Source: the human T2T-CHM13v2.0 reference genome, Homo sapiens
NCBI RefSeq assembly: GCF_009914755.1
Contig: NC_060931.1
DNA: 64,000 nt
Reading direction: 5' to 3' (one strand)
Under the pieces are notes generated by a model. The model was not told the origin of the DNA. It ran no database searches and worked only from the letters and a program-made list of their open reading frames with translations. A program made the translations under genes and the position numbers. Shown here one piece after another: positions 14,609-28,951 of the stretch (position 1 is the stretch's first letter; every line of letters starts with the position of its first letter).

Positions 14609-15529
14609 TTAAAAGGTTTAAACTTGTAGTCTGTATTTAAATCTACGGCATTACTGGAAAACAGATGATGGAACCATAATCATCAAATTGTTTCATTCTA
14701 TAACACCAATTTTAACCCTGTATGTTAACAGATTTATGTTATCCTATTATTTGCTTGTGACATGAGGAATGCTTTAAAGACCTAAGAAATTATTCTCACG
14801 TGGAGACTATTTAAGTCATCAAGATGTTTAGCACTTTTTGGAATGTGAGTTTTATCTTCAGAATTGTCAACTCTGAGCACAATTTTGAAATGTAAACTCA
14901 CCTTGTAGAATAGGAGCTCTACTAAGCTGCACTTGGTTAATCTAGATGCCAGCCCAGTTAGCAAATGTAATGAAAGTAATGAAAATTACCTGAAGATTAC
15001 TGAAAAAACAATAAAAGAGAACTTAACAAAAACAGAGTTGAATTCAAAGAGTATGAAATTCAAAGAGTAAAATAGTTTGTCAAAGAACATTGCTTAATTT
15101 TACTCAACTTTTTATAATAAGTATTTATCTAATTATGTGTGTTCTTTACACCCCTGAGTATCCAGGGAGGTGTCTAAATTATTTTGCTCAGTAAATAACT
15201 TAGATTAGGTTCAAGATGTTATACTTTGTACTATTTAAAATATTAATTGATATTTCACAGTGAGGTAGAGACATAGAACTCATTTTCTCCTACTAGTACC
15301 TTTCAAGTAAACCCTCTTTCCTTTTTGTTTGTCAAGTATTCAACTTTAACATTGTAGATTTTTTCCTTTTTAATGAAATCCCATTACTGCCTGTGTTGGT
15401 TCTATTAGGTTCAAAGGTGTATTTATTTCCTTTAGCAAATTTGAATTCAAAGGAGGTTTAAAAAAAAGGAAGTGTTCATTGAAATATCCTGTTGCAGTGA
15501 GAGTTCATTTTTGTTGCAAATCACATTTA

Positions 15530-15543
15530 GTTGCCTTAGCAAC
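15530..15543. promoter_or_regulatory. Candidate RFX X-box
   Basis: GTTGCCTTAGCAAC is a near-palindromic 14-mer fitting GTNRCC(N0-3)RGYAAC, in non-repeat DNA. Function untested. Confidence 0.4.
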
Positions 15544-16399
15544 ACTTTTATTTGAAAAGTTCATAGTGGATCAAACCCTTTTAAGAGAATATAATTAGGA
15601 AACGACAGCAATTACTAAGAATATCATGGTATTGAAATAGTTTAATAACTAGCTTAGAATTGGTGATACCAGTGACAAATTATTGAGGTTTCTTATAAAA
15701 GGATGATGGCTTTTGTGCAGAAGCAGTTAAGTGACAATAAAAGAGGAATTGCCTTTTTTTATATGTAGTGACAGAAGATTAATCTCATTGTGCACCAGTG
15801 AAAGGATAAAGCATAGCAAGATATAAGTATCATTTTATCCTCTATAAAATAATAAATATCACCAAACTCATTATTTTTTATATATTAGTGAAGTAGCCTA
15901 TCTCTCTACTATTTGAAATTAAACAAATCAACATACAACTTTATGAAGCATACTGTCCCAACACATTATGCTTGACTCATGGAAATAAATTTGTTTTAAA
16001 TAAAGCAATACAGACAAATCATCCTGACTGAGGAGAACATCCTGATGTGATGCTGGATGAGGAGGGGGAGGGGATAGCAAAGAGCTATGTCGATGTTTGC
16101 CAAAGTCATCTTGCCTTTAATTTTCCCAAGCCTGGCATCAACAAGGTCTCTGAAAAAATGGTGTTGGCCTGCCATGTCCCCAAATGCCATCATTTTTAAT
16201 GAGAATGTTTTATTCAGTTTTATAAGAACTGTGCTATTTAATTGTTTTTTAATGTTGTACTCTGTTCGAAGTCTTTAGATAATGCATATTATTTTTCTTC
16301 TTTGATAAGTTTATTTAAAATTTAATAATTCACATATAGAGTTATTAAAATGTGATTTGAAGTTGTAGCGGTTTATCTTGTCTCATTGAAGCTAGCACA

Positions 16400-18150
16400 A
16401 TACTAAGATATACAATAATAACTGAAATATAACCACAAAATAAAATCGCAAGTTAATTTCACTAGTAAATATTAATGCAAAATTTTGACATAAAATATTG
16501 GCTAATTCAGATATATAATAGAGAAATAGAATAAACAATAATATTATTTAGAATCACGCCCAGAATGCAAGGATGGCTAGATATTAGGATTTATACTATA
16601 TATTTTCCCATATTCACGGGAAAAGAAGATACTTTGTAACTATCATAACACACTAAAAATAAATTTGATAACATTTCTTATGAAAAAAATTAAAATAAGA
16701 ATAGATCAATATTTTTATAAATGATAAGAGTCATGATTCCTATCATGATCACGTCAAAGTAGTTATATTTTTCTTATATAAAACATTCAAATGTATTCTT
16801 ACTAAATTATTGAACAAGACAGAAATGCCACTATTGCCATGAAATTTAACATTATTCTATTAGTACGAGTACATGTAGTTAGACAAGAGAAAGAAATAAG
16901 ATGGATAAATATTAGAAAAGGGAGTAAAAATAACTGCTAATTGAAAATTACAACATCACATATCTATGAAACTCAAAGATATCAATAGAAAAATATTGTA
17001 TGCAAATTTAAAAATTCAGAAAATATCATGTTTAAAACAGAAATCAACCACTTTTCTGAAAATTAAGAATAATAGGTTAGAATTTCCATTTATAATTGAT
17101 AAATGAGACAGGCTAAACATACTTAGGAATTAATAAGTGTATATAAGACCTATATAAAATTTTTGAATTCTCCAAAGGGAGATAACTAAATAAAATATTT
17201 ACCTATTTAAATGTAAACAGCTCATTTTCTCTAAATTATTTCATATGTTCATTAATCCATTTTATATACATAAATTTTTTTACATTAATCCTTGTTATTA
17301 AGTGGTAGTAAAATACACAGAAGGATATTTCTAAACCAAACAAATGGACTCTAACATTTCTATGGAAATATAGACTTGTGAAAACAGTCAATGTGATAAA
17401 GAAGGAATCTAAATCTACTTGGTAAACACCATTTCAGTTACAACATGATAATGGCACAACTGGAGCTATGTAAAGCTGTGGAGCTGTAGACAAGTTATTG
17501 AACAGAAGTCTTGAAACAAACCAAAGTTTATGGAAAAGTTGAGAACATGAAAATAGGGGCATTTCAAATTAGTAAAGAAAAAATAAAGAAAACAGGGAAT
17601 GTTTTGGACAAATTGTGATCCATTGCAAAACAAGAACAATGAATTTCTCCTCACAATTTAATAAAAATTACAGATGCATCAAAGAGACAATTGTGAAAAA
17701 AAATGAAATTGTAAAAATATCAAAATAAAATGTGGGAGAATATGTTTACAAATCTGGGGTGAAAAAGCCTGTCTAAGAAAGTCAAATATTCAGAAGCCAT
17801 GAAGAAGGCAGATGGTTTCTTCATAATTATTTGTCCCATATAGTTAATAAGATAACTCACCAAAAATAATATCATATGACAAAAAATTGGAAAATGCTTT
17901 TGCTATACTTTCCTTAATTGTTAACATATAAAACCTATAATATATTAAGACAAAAATTTAAAAAATATTATTAGAAAGTAAAAGTTTATGGATAGGCAAT
18001 TCACTGAAAATGATATATGATTGGCCAAGAGACATGAAAAAATGTTTAATCTTAATCATAACTTTTAAAAAATAACATTTAAAATAGTAATGAGTAGCCA
18101 ATTTTTAATGTATTATATTAGCCCAAATTAATATGTTGAATAATATCTAA
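16400..18150 (+). mobile_element. Highly decayed L1ME-type ORF2 fragments
   Basis: cccagaatgcaaggatgg, gaacaagacagaaatgccactatt, aaacatacttaggaattaat and ggataggcaattcactgaaa occur in L1 order. Confidence 0.75.
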
Positions 18151-18559
18151 CAGAGTACCTACATGTTTGTCTGTCCAGCAATCCTCCTGGTGAAGAAGCA
18201 CCATTCTCAGATTCTACAGTAACTTATCTTATTCCATCTCTTGCATAAATGGTTAGCCCCGCTATTATCCCCCAGTTTCAGGAGTAGCCACATGCTACTA
18301 TACACAATGCTATTGAGAAGTCTGCATCTCACACTCTATACATGAAATCCTAGCAAGGTAGAAACTTTTTTTCAGGTTGACAGTTGTCATCAAGACTAAA
18401 AGGGCAATATAGCCTTAATTCTGTCAAATCCTTCAGAGGTTTCTCCTGAATATTTAATATGCAAGATATAAAAGACATTTCTTTTTAATTTTTTGTCCTG
18501 AAATGATATTTGAATTTTGTCCTCAAATAGGCAAATACCATTTGTATGATGGGGAAATA

Positions 18560-19790
18560 AAGCTATTTAAAAACGAAAAAAACTCTAAAATTAAATAATA
18601 GCATAATTAAAAATTCATATTGGAACAGTAAGTAGAATTAACAATGCACAAACAAAATGTGTGGTCCAGAGGACAAATGAAAGAATCATATGGAAAATGC
18701 TATGAGAAAGGTCCTAACTGAAATTCAGTGACCAAAGTGATGATAAAGATGGGAGCTAGATGGTATGGAGCCAAAGTAGGTATAATCGGCATTCCAGAGG
18801 AGAAAACACAAATAACTGGAGCAGAAGAAGTAATCACATTTAGAAAAGTTAGAAAAAAACTCCCCAAATTAGAAAAGGAGTCTTCATTTTAAAAAGTCTT
18901 GTGATAATTTCTGCAAAACAATTAGTGAAATGAGGTCCACTCATACAAATAATAAACATAACATGGGATAAGGAAAACAATACCCTCAGTCTTTGACCAT
19001 TGAATTAAAGTTTACTTGTATGTTTATTCGAATAATGTAATTTAGAATATTGACTTGTTAGACATGCATTGAACTTGCTATGCTATGTATAGAAAATGTT
19101 TCATATTTTCAGAACTCTCTTTATAGTTTAAAAAGTCAGAAACGGATTACTACTACTCTTCCTCCCCTCTGTAGGAAACTTGAAGTTACTCTCAGAAGTT
19201 AAGGCAGGGAGATACGGAGACACCACACAAAGCTGAGTGTGGAGGTGAGGAACTCTTCTGAAATGGGTAGACAGAATGGATAGTTGCATACTGAATTAGA
19301 AACCCTCTATTCTTTCCTTTCATATAGCTCTCAGAATGCTGGAAGCAGGGGATATATTTTTCAAGAGGAAAACTCCACAATACTTGATTGAGGAATCCCA
19401 CCAGCCCCAAAGAAAAGAACAGATAGATTTTCAACGAACAACATTTACCTATGCTTATTGAGTATCCAATTTGATTTTTAGTACTTCCTTCTCAAATCTC
19501 AATACATAATTCGTTGAAAAGCCTCTAAAACTAAAGACAGATGCCAAGACATATACATACACATGTTTTTAAAAAATGAAGGGATCAGATAAAATAATGA
19601 AAGAAAAAATATCAATAATATGCTCAGAAAAAAATGAAATCAGGAAACAGAAACAAGGATGCTATAAAAACGAAGAATCAGAACACATGAAATAACACTC
19701 GAAACTTAGGAGTTTGGCAATTGAAATTAAAAATTACACAAGAGTTTTATTAAAGTTGAGAAAAAAGAAAACTTCTCCAAAGTAGAAGTA
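18560..19790 (+). mobile_element. Decayed L1ME/HAL1-type ORF1 fragments
   Basis: A-rich sense sequence with ataatcggcattccagaggagaaaac and gaaacaaggatgctataaaaa motifs. Boundaries approximate. Confidence 0.45.
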
Positions 19791-21583
19791 AGCTGAAGCT
19801 TAAAAAACAAACAAACAAATACACAAAAACAAAAACAAAACCTGTAATTTCTAATTGGCACTTTACTAAGTAGTCCTTTAAATCCAAGAAACTGTTAACA
19901 GTTTTATCAAGTACAAAAGTCCTCAAAAGCTCTCAAAATGATAAAGAATTGATGAAAAGAAGATGTCTAAAAAGAGAGAGAGAATAAAAATTATTAGACT
20001 TAAAACACAGGCAGGCATCAATTTTGATAGACATTGTTTTCTTCTTAAAGGAAAATAATAAATGTTTTGAATATTGAACTCATTTTTGATGGAAAATTTT
20101 ACTGAGGGTTCATAAAATTTCTTCTCAATAAACTCCTAAAAAACAATTTAGCTTTTCATTTGACAAGATTCTGTGACTCTTTATCTGTTGTTTGTTGTTG
20201 AATCATAGCAGCCAAGACTGTCTTCTCTTCAAAATTTCTTCTTTGAGGAATGGGTGTTATTAGGCTCTAAAACTGTATGAGATATACTCCACACTGTATA
20301 ATAGGTACTCCCACTTATAACCCATGTAAGTACACACAAGAAAATTATGAAGTCTGAGTATCTACATCGTAGAGATTTTCTGTTTATACTTTCTAGTGCT
20401 TTGATAGCTTTAAATCATGTGCTGCAAATATACCAAAAATGGGGAGAAATGAAGTAAGCACTTATCGGGTGACAAACATAAATCATCCCTGATCATTATT
20501 TCCACACTAAAAGACTGAGGCAAAGGAGTACATGATAAACACTGCGATGTTTGCTTCAGAATTCCTCACGGTTATTAATCAGGTAAAGCTCACACAACAG
20601 GCAATTGGAGAATGTTGATATTGAGACATCACATTTCAGAAGCAGAATCTTAAACACGCTGCCATTACATGCCGCTTAAAACAAAAGTCGATGAGTAGTA
20701 AGACTGGGGTTGGTATTTTGTCCTTTACTTTTGCAAGAGTGTCTTGTTGTCTAGGATCTAAACAAATCAACGAATGAAGTTTTAGACCTGCAAATTGTAT
20801 ATGACAAAAAGTGCTATATGATCTGCAGATTTTTGAAATTTTATTTTGCCATACTTAATTTTTGGACAGTATCTTGAAATGCACATTTTTACAAGTCTAA
20901 AATTACTCCTGTTGCTGTTATCACAAAGCTATTTCTATTCTAAAAAAAGAATAGCTACAATTCTTCACATTATAATTACATAAAGAAGAGAAAACAACAT
21001 TTAACCAACATTTCTTGTTTTTAGTTCAAACAGTATTTTCTGTGAAGTATAGTTATCTACATAATTTTAAGTATTAGTATTTTCTATCTTTTCACTTTGG
21101 TGTTATTGGCTCTTATTCCCTTCAAAAGAACAAAGGAACCCCATATTTTATTACTCACAAAATATTGTTTTCGTTTTTGGTAAATGGAAGATTATCTATC
21201 TGTAAGGTTGATAAAATTCAGTTCGTGATACATGAAACAGCATGAACTGGTTTGTCTGCAGCAGGATTTTGCCTAAGAGTTACTTTAAAGTTGTTTGACA
21301 GTTTGCTGGGACATTTCCTGGTTATGCTTCGGAATGCATTTGCCCAATGGCTCATACATATCCCAGTGTGTTTCCTAATATTCAGAGGGAATGTGTGGCA
21401 GCACCGTTACCTTTGTAATAGTAAAAATAAAGGTGATGAAGACACATATCCATATTGTTGTTTAGCAATTCTGTACAAGTATTGAGATTATAGTCTTTAC
21501 AATCACATTTAAGATGATTTTCTCAGAGTAATAAATGAAAGAAAACCTTATCTTTACAGATGTACTGTTCTCTCTCTAAACGC

Positions 21584-22006
21584 TGTCAACCTTAAATAAA
21601 AACAAAGACAAACCTCCAAGTAAAGTGTTTCTTTGGGAATAATATGTGGGAATTAGAATTGCAATTCGGGGGACACAAGTCAGGGTAGCCCTTACATGTA
21701 TCCAAAGAACAAAGAGAAAGGCTGAGACTTTATGGGGTTAAAGAGGAAAGTTATGCAATTTGTTTGAAAAAAAGTTTCAGCAGAAAAATTTCACCTACAG
21801 AGTCATGCAGGACCTGATCCATTTTGATTGGTGAGTGGCAGCAGTTACTAGGTAAAATGTAACATTTAAGTTGTAGTTAGGATTTTCAATTGAATTGCAA
21901 AAAGAGTTCTTGGAATAGGAACTGGTTGCCCTTCACCATTGCCTTCTGACTCCATTTCAGCTGGGCATGACATGAATGACTCCAGTTGGCATAATCAGCT
22001 TTCACA
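21584..22006 (-). mobile_element. ERV1 (MER4-group, MER67/MER89-like) solo LTR
   Basis: TG...CA termini and 4-bp TSD acgc/acac (21580-21583, 22007-22010). The minus strand begins TGTGAAAGCTGATTATGCCAACTGGAGTCATTC. Confidence 0.7.
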
Positions 22007-22472
22007 ACACCTATCAAGACTCTTCAATAGCTGACCTCCTAAATTTTCTGCAACTTTGTCATTCACATGTACTGGAGGATGACTGTGATCATCCAAAACC
22101 TTACCTTTTTAAATGCCAGTATTAGATATTAAGGTCAATTAAGAATGAACAGTAAATTTCCCACCCAGTCAATACCAAAGTGCATTAGAGAAATTAGACA
22201 CAATTACACTGATGGTAGCTAAAGCCAAAAAGTGTGACTCATAGCTGGTCTAGAATATCTATCCAGAAATGGCCTTGTCAACTAGAATCCATAATTTATT
22301 CATTCATTTTATAAACTTCCACCAAAATTCTCTGTAAGTTTCCTAGTAAACAAAATGGCATGATATCTTATCTCCAGGAGCTCAAAATCTGTATCTCGAC
22401 TCTCAGCCTTTCAGTGCATGCCAAATAATAAAAAGCCCAGCAGTGCCAGACCAGTGCTTATTCCACTTCTAA

Positions 22473-22828
<356 letters not shown>

Positions 22829-23040
22829 AGTAAAGTGTTTTTTAAGTGCCATCATAAACACCTATGCACCTGCTACAAGAATTGAAAATCATTAAGATTT
22901 TGTCATATTTACATCAAATATTTTTATTAAGTAAAAATTAAAGAAAATCTATAACTTGAATTTGTTTTGCAGGCCTGCCTAGTTTCATTCCTTTCCCATC
23001 TACTAGCCCCTAGCAGCAAGTGCAATCATTAATTTAGTAG

Positions 23041-23480
23041 GTATTATGGTCTTCCCATATCCCCACTGACCACAGCTCTGACTCACAGCTGCCAGCACCC
23101 GTGTCTCTTTGCCTGGGTCTCTTCAACCACTACAGTCCACCAACTCCATGTGCAACACCAAAATCTCAAGCAATAAGTCACTCTCCCTCACCCACAGCAG
23201 CTCTTAACTAGTGACCGATCAAAGCTAGTGCCTCTGGTCCCTTAAGTGAGATCTCAAAAGCATGTGTTTCACACAGTCTTCCAGAGTTCTCCAGCAACAT
23301 AGTACTTATTCTAGTTGCTCATCATTGTGATACACTTGGTAACACATGCTTTATTGGCTTTTTCCCTTTTTCTTTTTATTTCCCTATTCCCCTACTGTTG
23401 TTTCTTAAAACCACCTCCTAAATAAACCACCTGCACTTAAAGCCTTGTCTAAGGGTACGCTTCTGCACCCTAAGTACTAC
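23041..23480 (+). mobile_element. LTR16-like ERVL solo LTR, within L1ME 3' end remnants
   Basis: cacagtcttccagagttctccagc...cacctcctaaataaaccacctgcacttaaagccttgtctaaggg is a typical LTR16 3' portion with AATAAA. Confidence 0.7.
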
Positions 23481-23970
23481 AATTTCCAATCCATATGTTA
23501 TATTTTTACATACAGACGTGAGTACCTCTCAGTGATATGAAGTATTTCGGGGTTTTCAAATTAATATAAATTATGTCAGAGTATATACGTAATTTGATAG
23601 CTTGCTTTTTCACTCAAGGTCACATTTTAAGACATGGCAGTGTTAACATAGATAACAAATAATGTTTATTCACTTTAAAACCTACTGAATAAACACGACA
23701 CATGTTACTTAACGCATTTTTTGGCAAGCCGTTTGGATTCATTCCAGTATTTTGCTATTAAAAACAACCCTGACTTTAACATCTTTGTAAACACTTCCTG
23801 TGCACACATGCAATAATTTCTCTCTATTAAATACTTCTATATGGTACTACTAGGTAGTCATGAGCATGCACATCTTTATCAGATATTGCCAAATTATTTT
23901 CCAAATTATTTACAAAATTTTACTCCAGCAAGAGTTGATTTCATAAGATTTTAAATTTTGTCAATTTCAT
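23481..23970 (-). mobile_element. L1ME 3' end remnant
   Basis: ttccagtattttgctattaaaaacaa...ctactaggtagtcatgagcatgcacatc...agatattgccaaatt. Confidence 0.65.
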
Positions 23971-26900
23971 TTTGTTCCTACATAGTTCTTCAAAAAAATC
24001 AATGAATCAGCAGTATTGACCATTCGTTTATTACTTAGAACTGAGCTGAAGAAAGTGGAAAAATTTGAGAACTCCATGTGCCCAAAAAGCTACAGTCCAG
24101 TTAAAAGTTAATATGTGAATTAAATAATCTGAAACAACTTAATGTATATCAATATACTTACAAATGTGAAAACATATAAATACATATGTATCTTTAAAAT
24201 CACATATGCTTATTTTATATAAAATTAAGTAGTATATGCTATATAATTAGGCAATATATAAATATGAATATGTATCTATCTAAAAACTAATCTATCTATA
24301 TAAATTATATATCTTTGTTATTAATAATATACAACAAATATGTCCCGGCCAAGATTATTATTGCCCTTAGGTGGAATATAAAACTATAAAATATGATGTT
24401 AAAGTTCCATTTGTCTAGAATATTTTCCTTTTAAAGGATTAATATCTTCAAGTATTGACCCATTTGTTTATACAAAGACTCCTATAAAGTCCTTTCATTA
24501 CATGGAAGAGAGGTATAAGTAGAAACTAAAGCTAGGAGACTTGAGGATACATAGGTAGTAGTGGGAACTACTGCAAAACCAAAAATGACAGAAGCTATGG
24601 TACAAAAACATTGGTGAGGGCAATTGAGAAATAAAATATTCAGTTTTGTCCAGTTTCAATTACGTCCTAAACAAGAACAATAGTTCTGTTACTCTATTCT
24701 TGCATTTCATGTTTTTATTTTCTGAAAGATTTTTTAAAATTATAAAATTATTGCTTTACTGGAAACCAAAACATTATTTTAAGGAATAATTTTTATTAAC
24801 TTACCCTTTGTATATTAAAACAAGACTATTTAAAATGAAATATATTTATACCCTATCCACTCTTAATCAGTGATATTTTAAATAAAAATACCAATAAAAT
24901 TATAAATAATAAATTTGACAAAAGACAAATTGAAATAAAAATGAGAAATTTACTAAATGGATTTTCTACCAACTGGACGCTTTATCTATGAATAATCAGG
25001 CATGAACATCATAGGAATAATTCTATGATATTTGAATGAAACATATAGTCTTCCGTATATAAATATAATAGATGCACATCTTTTATAAGAAAATAGAAAC
25101 ATTTCCATTTTTTTAAAATACTCAATGGCATGAGACTACTATTGGCTTATTAAAACCTTGGACTTATTTTTATTCTCACAATTATCTAGTGCTGATTTTT
25201 ATTAAAAGCATCTAGAGTCAGGTGGTTTGATTTGGAACGCTTATTTAAGCGCAGATAATAATGTGATAATAATGTGATTATCCAATACATCTAAAACCTT
25301 CCATATTATATCCATTTATCTAAATTTTCAGAAATTTAAAGGTAATCAATCATAACAAGATTCAAGTTCTTGAAACTATAATTTTTATTTCATTGAAAAT
25401 AATTTAAATAAACCAACTATATATGTAAATTTTAAGTACATATGTAAAAATTTAAGTACATTCCATTGTGGATTATTTGCATATTTTAATTGCATGAATA
25501 AAGAGACTAAAATTATAAATATTTTGAATAAAAATTTGAACTTAAAAAATAATATGTAGGATACTTTTGAATAACAGGTATCTGAGTAAAATATAATTTA
25601 TTCTTCCTTATTAAATATTTCAGATATTTTCTTAAAGGTGAATGAAAGAGAGAGCGTATCTCACTAATACATAAAGATAATTTGAAACTCAAAGTTTCAA
25701 ATGTTTATGACACTCTGAAAAATCAACCAGCAATGTGGACACTAGATAGAAAGAATATTTTGAAAGATCTAGGAAAATGAAAAACGTGTATGGAAAATAA
25801 TTATGAAAAGAACATAGAAAATTTTATCAGTCTCTAAGGAATTAAATCAGATATAAGTAAGTTTATGCCTATGTATCTATACATGCATATATGTAAACCT
25901 ACACACATATACTCACACATACATGAAGATTCTTGAATATGGGCTTTAAAAACTCACTATTGGGATTGCCTACAGTCTTTTTGAGGCTGATTGCTGTTCA
26001 GGGAAGAGAGACCAGGGAAACCTATTCAGTCTGATCCAATTTAGATATGCAAATTTTATCTTATGTGCTTGAAAGGAACATTATGGCACAGCATAATTTG
26101 CATTTTCAGTTGTAAGATATAATATTTCTAATCTAATAAAAACATCCCTCCATCGTCCATTTTAACCCTCACACCATTTATCCTATCCATGGTTCCCTTT
26201 CACTTTTAAAGTATACTTTCATATTTTAAACTATGAAATAGGTTTATTAGCAAAAGACGAATATATTATAAAAGGCTTTCTCCCCACCAAAGAGAAAGAA
26301 TCTTAAGTAGTAATTAACTAGTAACATATATTTTATAAGGAACAGACAAAAAGAGTCCTTGGAAGAAAAGAAAGAATCACATTAGTCCATGTCAAATATA
26401 TTTTTATTGATGTGTCCGATGTAAAGTTAAAGTTTGAAATGAGAACTAGGTTTTTTAATTATTGATATATCTTTACAGAACAGCTTTTATTAAATTAGGT
26501 AATGAGCTTTGAAAAATCATTTTAGAAAGAAACTATTGCATTGAGATCTATCTCTAAGCCACATTTTCACAGAAACCTTTTTGTCATTATCAAGACAAGT
26601 CAGTAAATGTCTACATTATACTAATGATTGTTTGTAGTATTTATAGATACCAACCTTTAGGTAGGAGAAATAAATTGTATATCTGCTCCCACCTCAACGT
26701 TCTTATCTCCATTTCTACTAATATTTCTGTCAATATCATATCTACATGAAAACAATTTAAATAAAGCCAAGTTTCATTCAGTATATAAGACACTACAGGT
26801 ACTTGATATCTATTCTTAAAATGGTATGACTTCTACTACTGAATATCAATCACACTCACTTCCCTCTATGTCATCAAAGATAGGTGATACAGGAGAAAGA

Positions 26901-27247
26901 ACAGTTTGGAGAGAAAGAATATACATTCCATTTTGGTCATGTATAAATAAGATGTGAGAGAATAACATAAATGAGCAACTGGCTATATATCTTTGGTACT
27001 CAGTATAGACACTAAAACGAAAGACTCTGGAATTAGAAACAATTGCATTTCCAAGAAGTTTATGTTTATATTTCCCCTGTGCAGTAAGTTAGGATAGGAA
27101 CTCCCAATACTCTATTTCTCAACGTTTGCCCTTTCTTACCCAAGTCAACTTCCATTAACTTGGCTTTGGGCCCACTAACCACAGAAATGGTCTTTTTGCC
27201 TTTAGAACACTTCTCTGCAATAGTGGTGCATGCTTCTATTAAATCCA

Positions 27248-27568
27248 TTTTATTGATTCATTGATTGATTGATTTTATTTATTTTTTGAGACGGAGTCTC
27301 TCTCTGTCGCCCAGGCTGGAGTGCAGTGTTGTGATCTCGGCTCACTGGAAGCTCCGCCTCCCGTGTTCATGCCATTCTCCTGCCTCTGCCTCCTGAGTAG
27401 CTGGGACTACAGGCACCCGCCACCACGCCCGGCTAATTTTTTGTATCTTTAGTAGAGACGGGGTTTCACCCTGTTAGCCAGGATGGTCTGGATTTCCTGA
27501 CTTCGTGATCCGCTTGCCTTGGCCTCCCAAAGTGCTGGGATTACAGGTGTGAACCACCGCGCCCGGCC
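27248..27568 (-). mobile_element. AluY
   Basis: aagctccgcctcccgtgttcatgccattctcc and ttagccaggatggtc are Y diagnostics. (TGAT)n/T tail. Confidence 0.95.
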
Positions 27569-27569
27569 T

Positions 27570-28130
27570 AAAACCATATTTTTAAGACAAACATCTGATC
27601 TCAGGTAAACCATGTCTCATCGTTCTCTTTTATGTTCAGAAAAATATCTCAACATTTTCATAGGGTGTCTAAAACCTTCCACATGTTATCCTCATTGACT
27701 GCAAGAGCACCATTTCCCACCTCTCCCACTCACTCATAACCCTGCACTTAAGACACTGTGTTCCTCCAAGTGCTATGCTTAATCTCAGACCACCTGCTTG
27801 TCTTTGCTGATGATACCTTCTCTTTCTGGAAACATCCTTACCACCTTTGTAATCTAGCTTATCTCTACTTATCCTATACAATCCATATTAATTTTTCTTC
27901 TTTAGAAGCTTTCGGAGTCCTTTCCTAATCTTTAGACTGAGTTATATGACCCATAACACCATATAAATGGGTCATGCTCTGTCTAGCTTCTGAACTGTTT
28001 AATTTTAGTTATCTGTTTCCACAGCTAAACTGTGAATTCAGAAAGTGGGAGTTCTTTTTATTATTCTGTATCACGGCTCCCAGGAGACACATAATAAGTA
28101 CTCTGGGTATTTGCTGAAGTGAGTTGAATT
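27570..28130 (+). mobile_element. L2 3' fragment
   Basis: Pyrimidine-rich L2-like sequence ending ctaaactgtgaattc...tatttgctgaagtgagttgaat. Confidence 0.6.
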
Positions 28131-28384
28131 TAGAAATTCATGTTGAGTGTTCAACTGACAAGTCAACAATCAGGAAATAAACACTGTGGATAAGGAAAAG
28201 AATTCAGTTTGTTATGGCATTTGTAATTTATTTTTGATTGCCTTCTACTTTGCTTTCCTCATACTGCTCTGTTATATCTGTCAATTCTCTCTCTCTTTAC
28301 TCCTCTGAAATCCATAAACTAGCAATGCCCATTACTTCAATATTATCAAACCTCATTTACTAAACTCTCAGCAAAGAAAGACAT

Positions 28385-28582
28385 TGCAATTAGTCATTAA
28401 GTGTTTGTTATCTGGTGTCACTACATGGTTAGTATCTTCGCTTCAACACTCACTAGCTGGAATGTTGGCCAATTACTTAAGTGGTTTAAGCCTCAGTTTT
28501 CTTATCTCTAGTATGCATTCAGTACTACCTCAGAAAATAACGGTATTAATTATATTTCCAGATTAAATGAGACCATGCATTT
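28385..28582 (+). mobile_element. MIR
   Basis: Core ggccaattacttaag...agcctcagttttcttatct...actacctca...gattaaatgag. Confidence 0.75.
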
Positions 28583-28736
28583 TCTGTTCATCTAAAGGAG
28601 TAGGGATAAAAATATGATGCTATATTTACATATTAATATACCTAAATTAATTTAAACTAGGTTGACAAACATGATTACATCTCAAATACATAATATCGGA
28701 TGAAGTCACAAATAAACAGAATTATTCAACTTACAT

Positions 28737-28951
28737 CAGGAAGGGGAACATCACACTCTGGGGACTGTTGTGGGGTGGGGGGACGGGGGAGGGATAGCAT
28801 TAGGAGATATACCTAATGCTAAATGACGAGTTAATGGGTGCAGCACACCAGCATGGCACATGTATACATATGTAACTAACCTGCACATTGTGCACATGTA
28901 CCCTAAAACTTAAAGTATAATAATAATAAAAAAAAATAAAAAATAAAAAAA
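28737..28951 (+). mobile_element. Young L1 (L1PA3-like) extreme 3' end with poly(A)
   Basis: Near-consensus 3'UTR: cacactctggggactgttgtgggg...ttaggagatatacctaatgctaaatgacgag...ccctaaaacttaaagtataataat. It has GAG, not the L1HS-Ta ACA. Confidence 0.92.

Noticed and set aside
14967-15069. Small tandem duplications (gtaatgaaa x2, aattcaaagagta x2); similar ones at 25255 and 25421
   Set aside because: Ordinary slippage duplications with no spacer structure. Not a CRISPR-like or functional array.
26047-26103. Two inverted octamer motifs (ATGCAAAT, ATTTGCAT)
   Set aside because: The octamer occurs several other times in this AT-rich window, including within L1, so the pair is not distinguishable from chance.
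28760-28793. G-quadruplex-like G runs
   Set aside because: Standard part of the L1PA 3'UTR.
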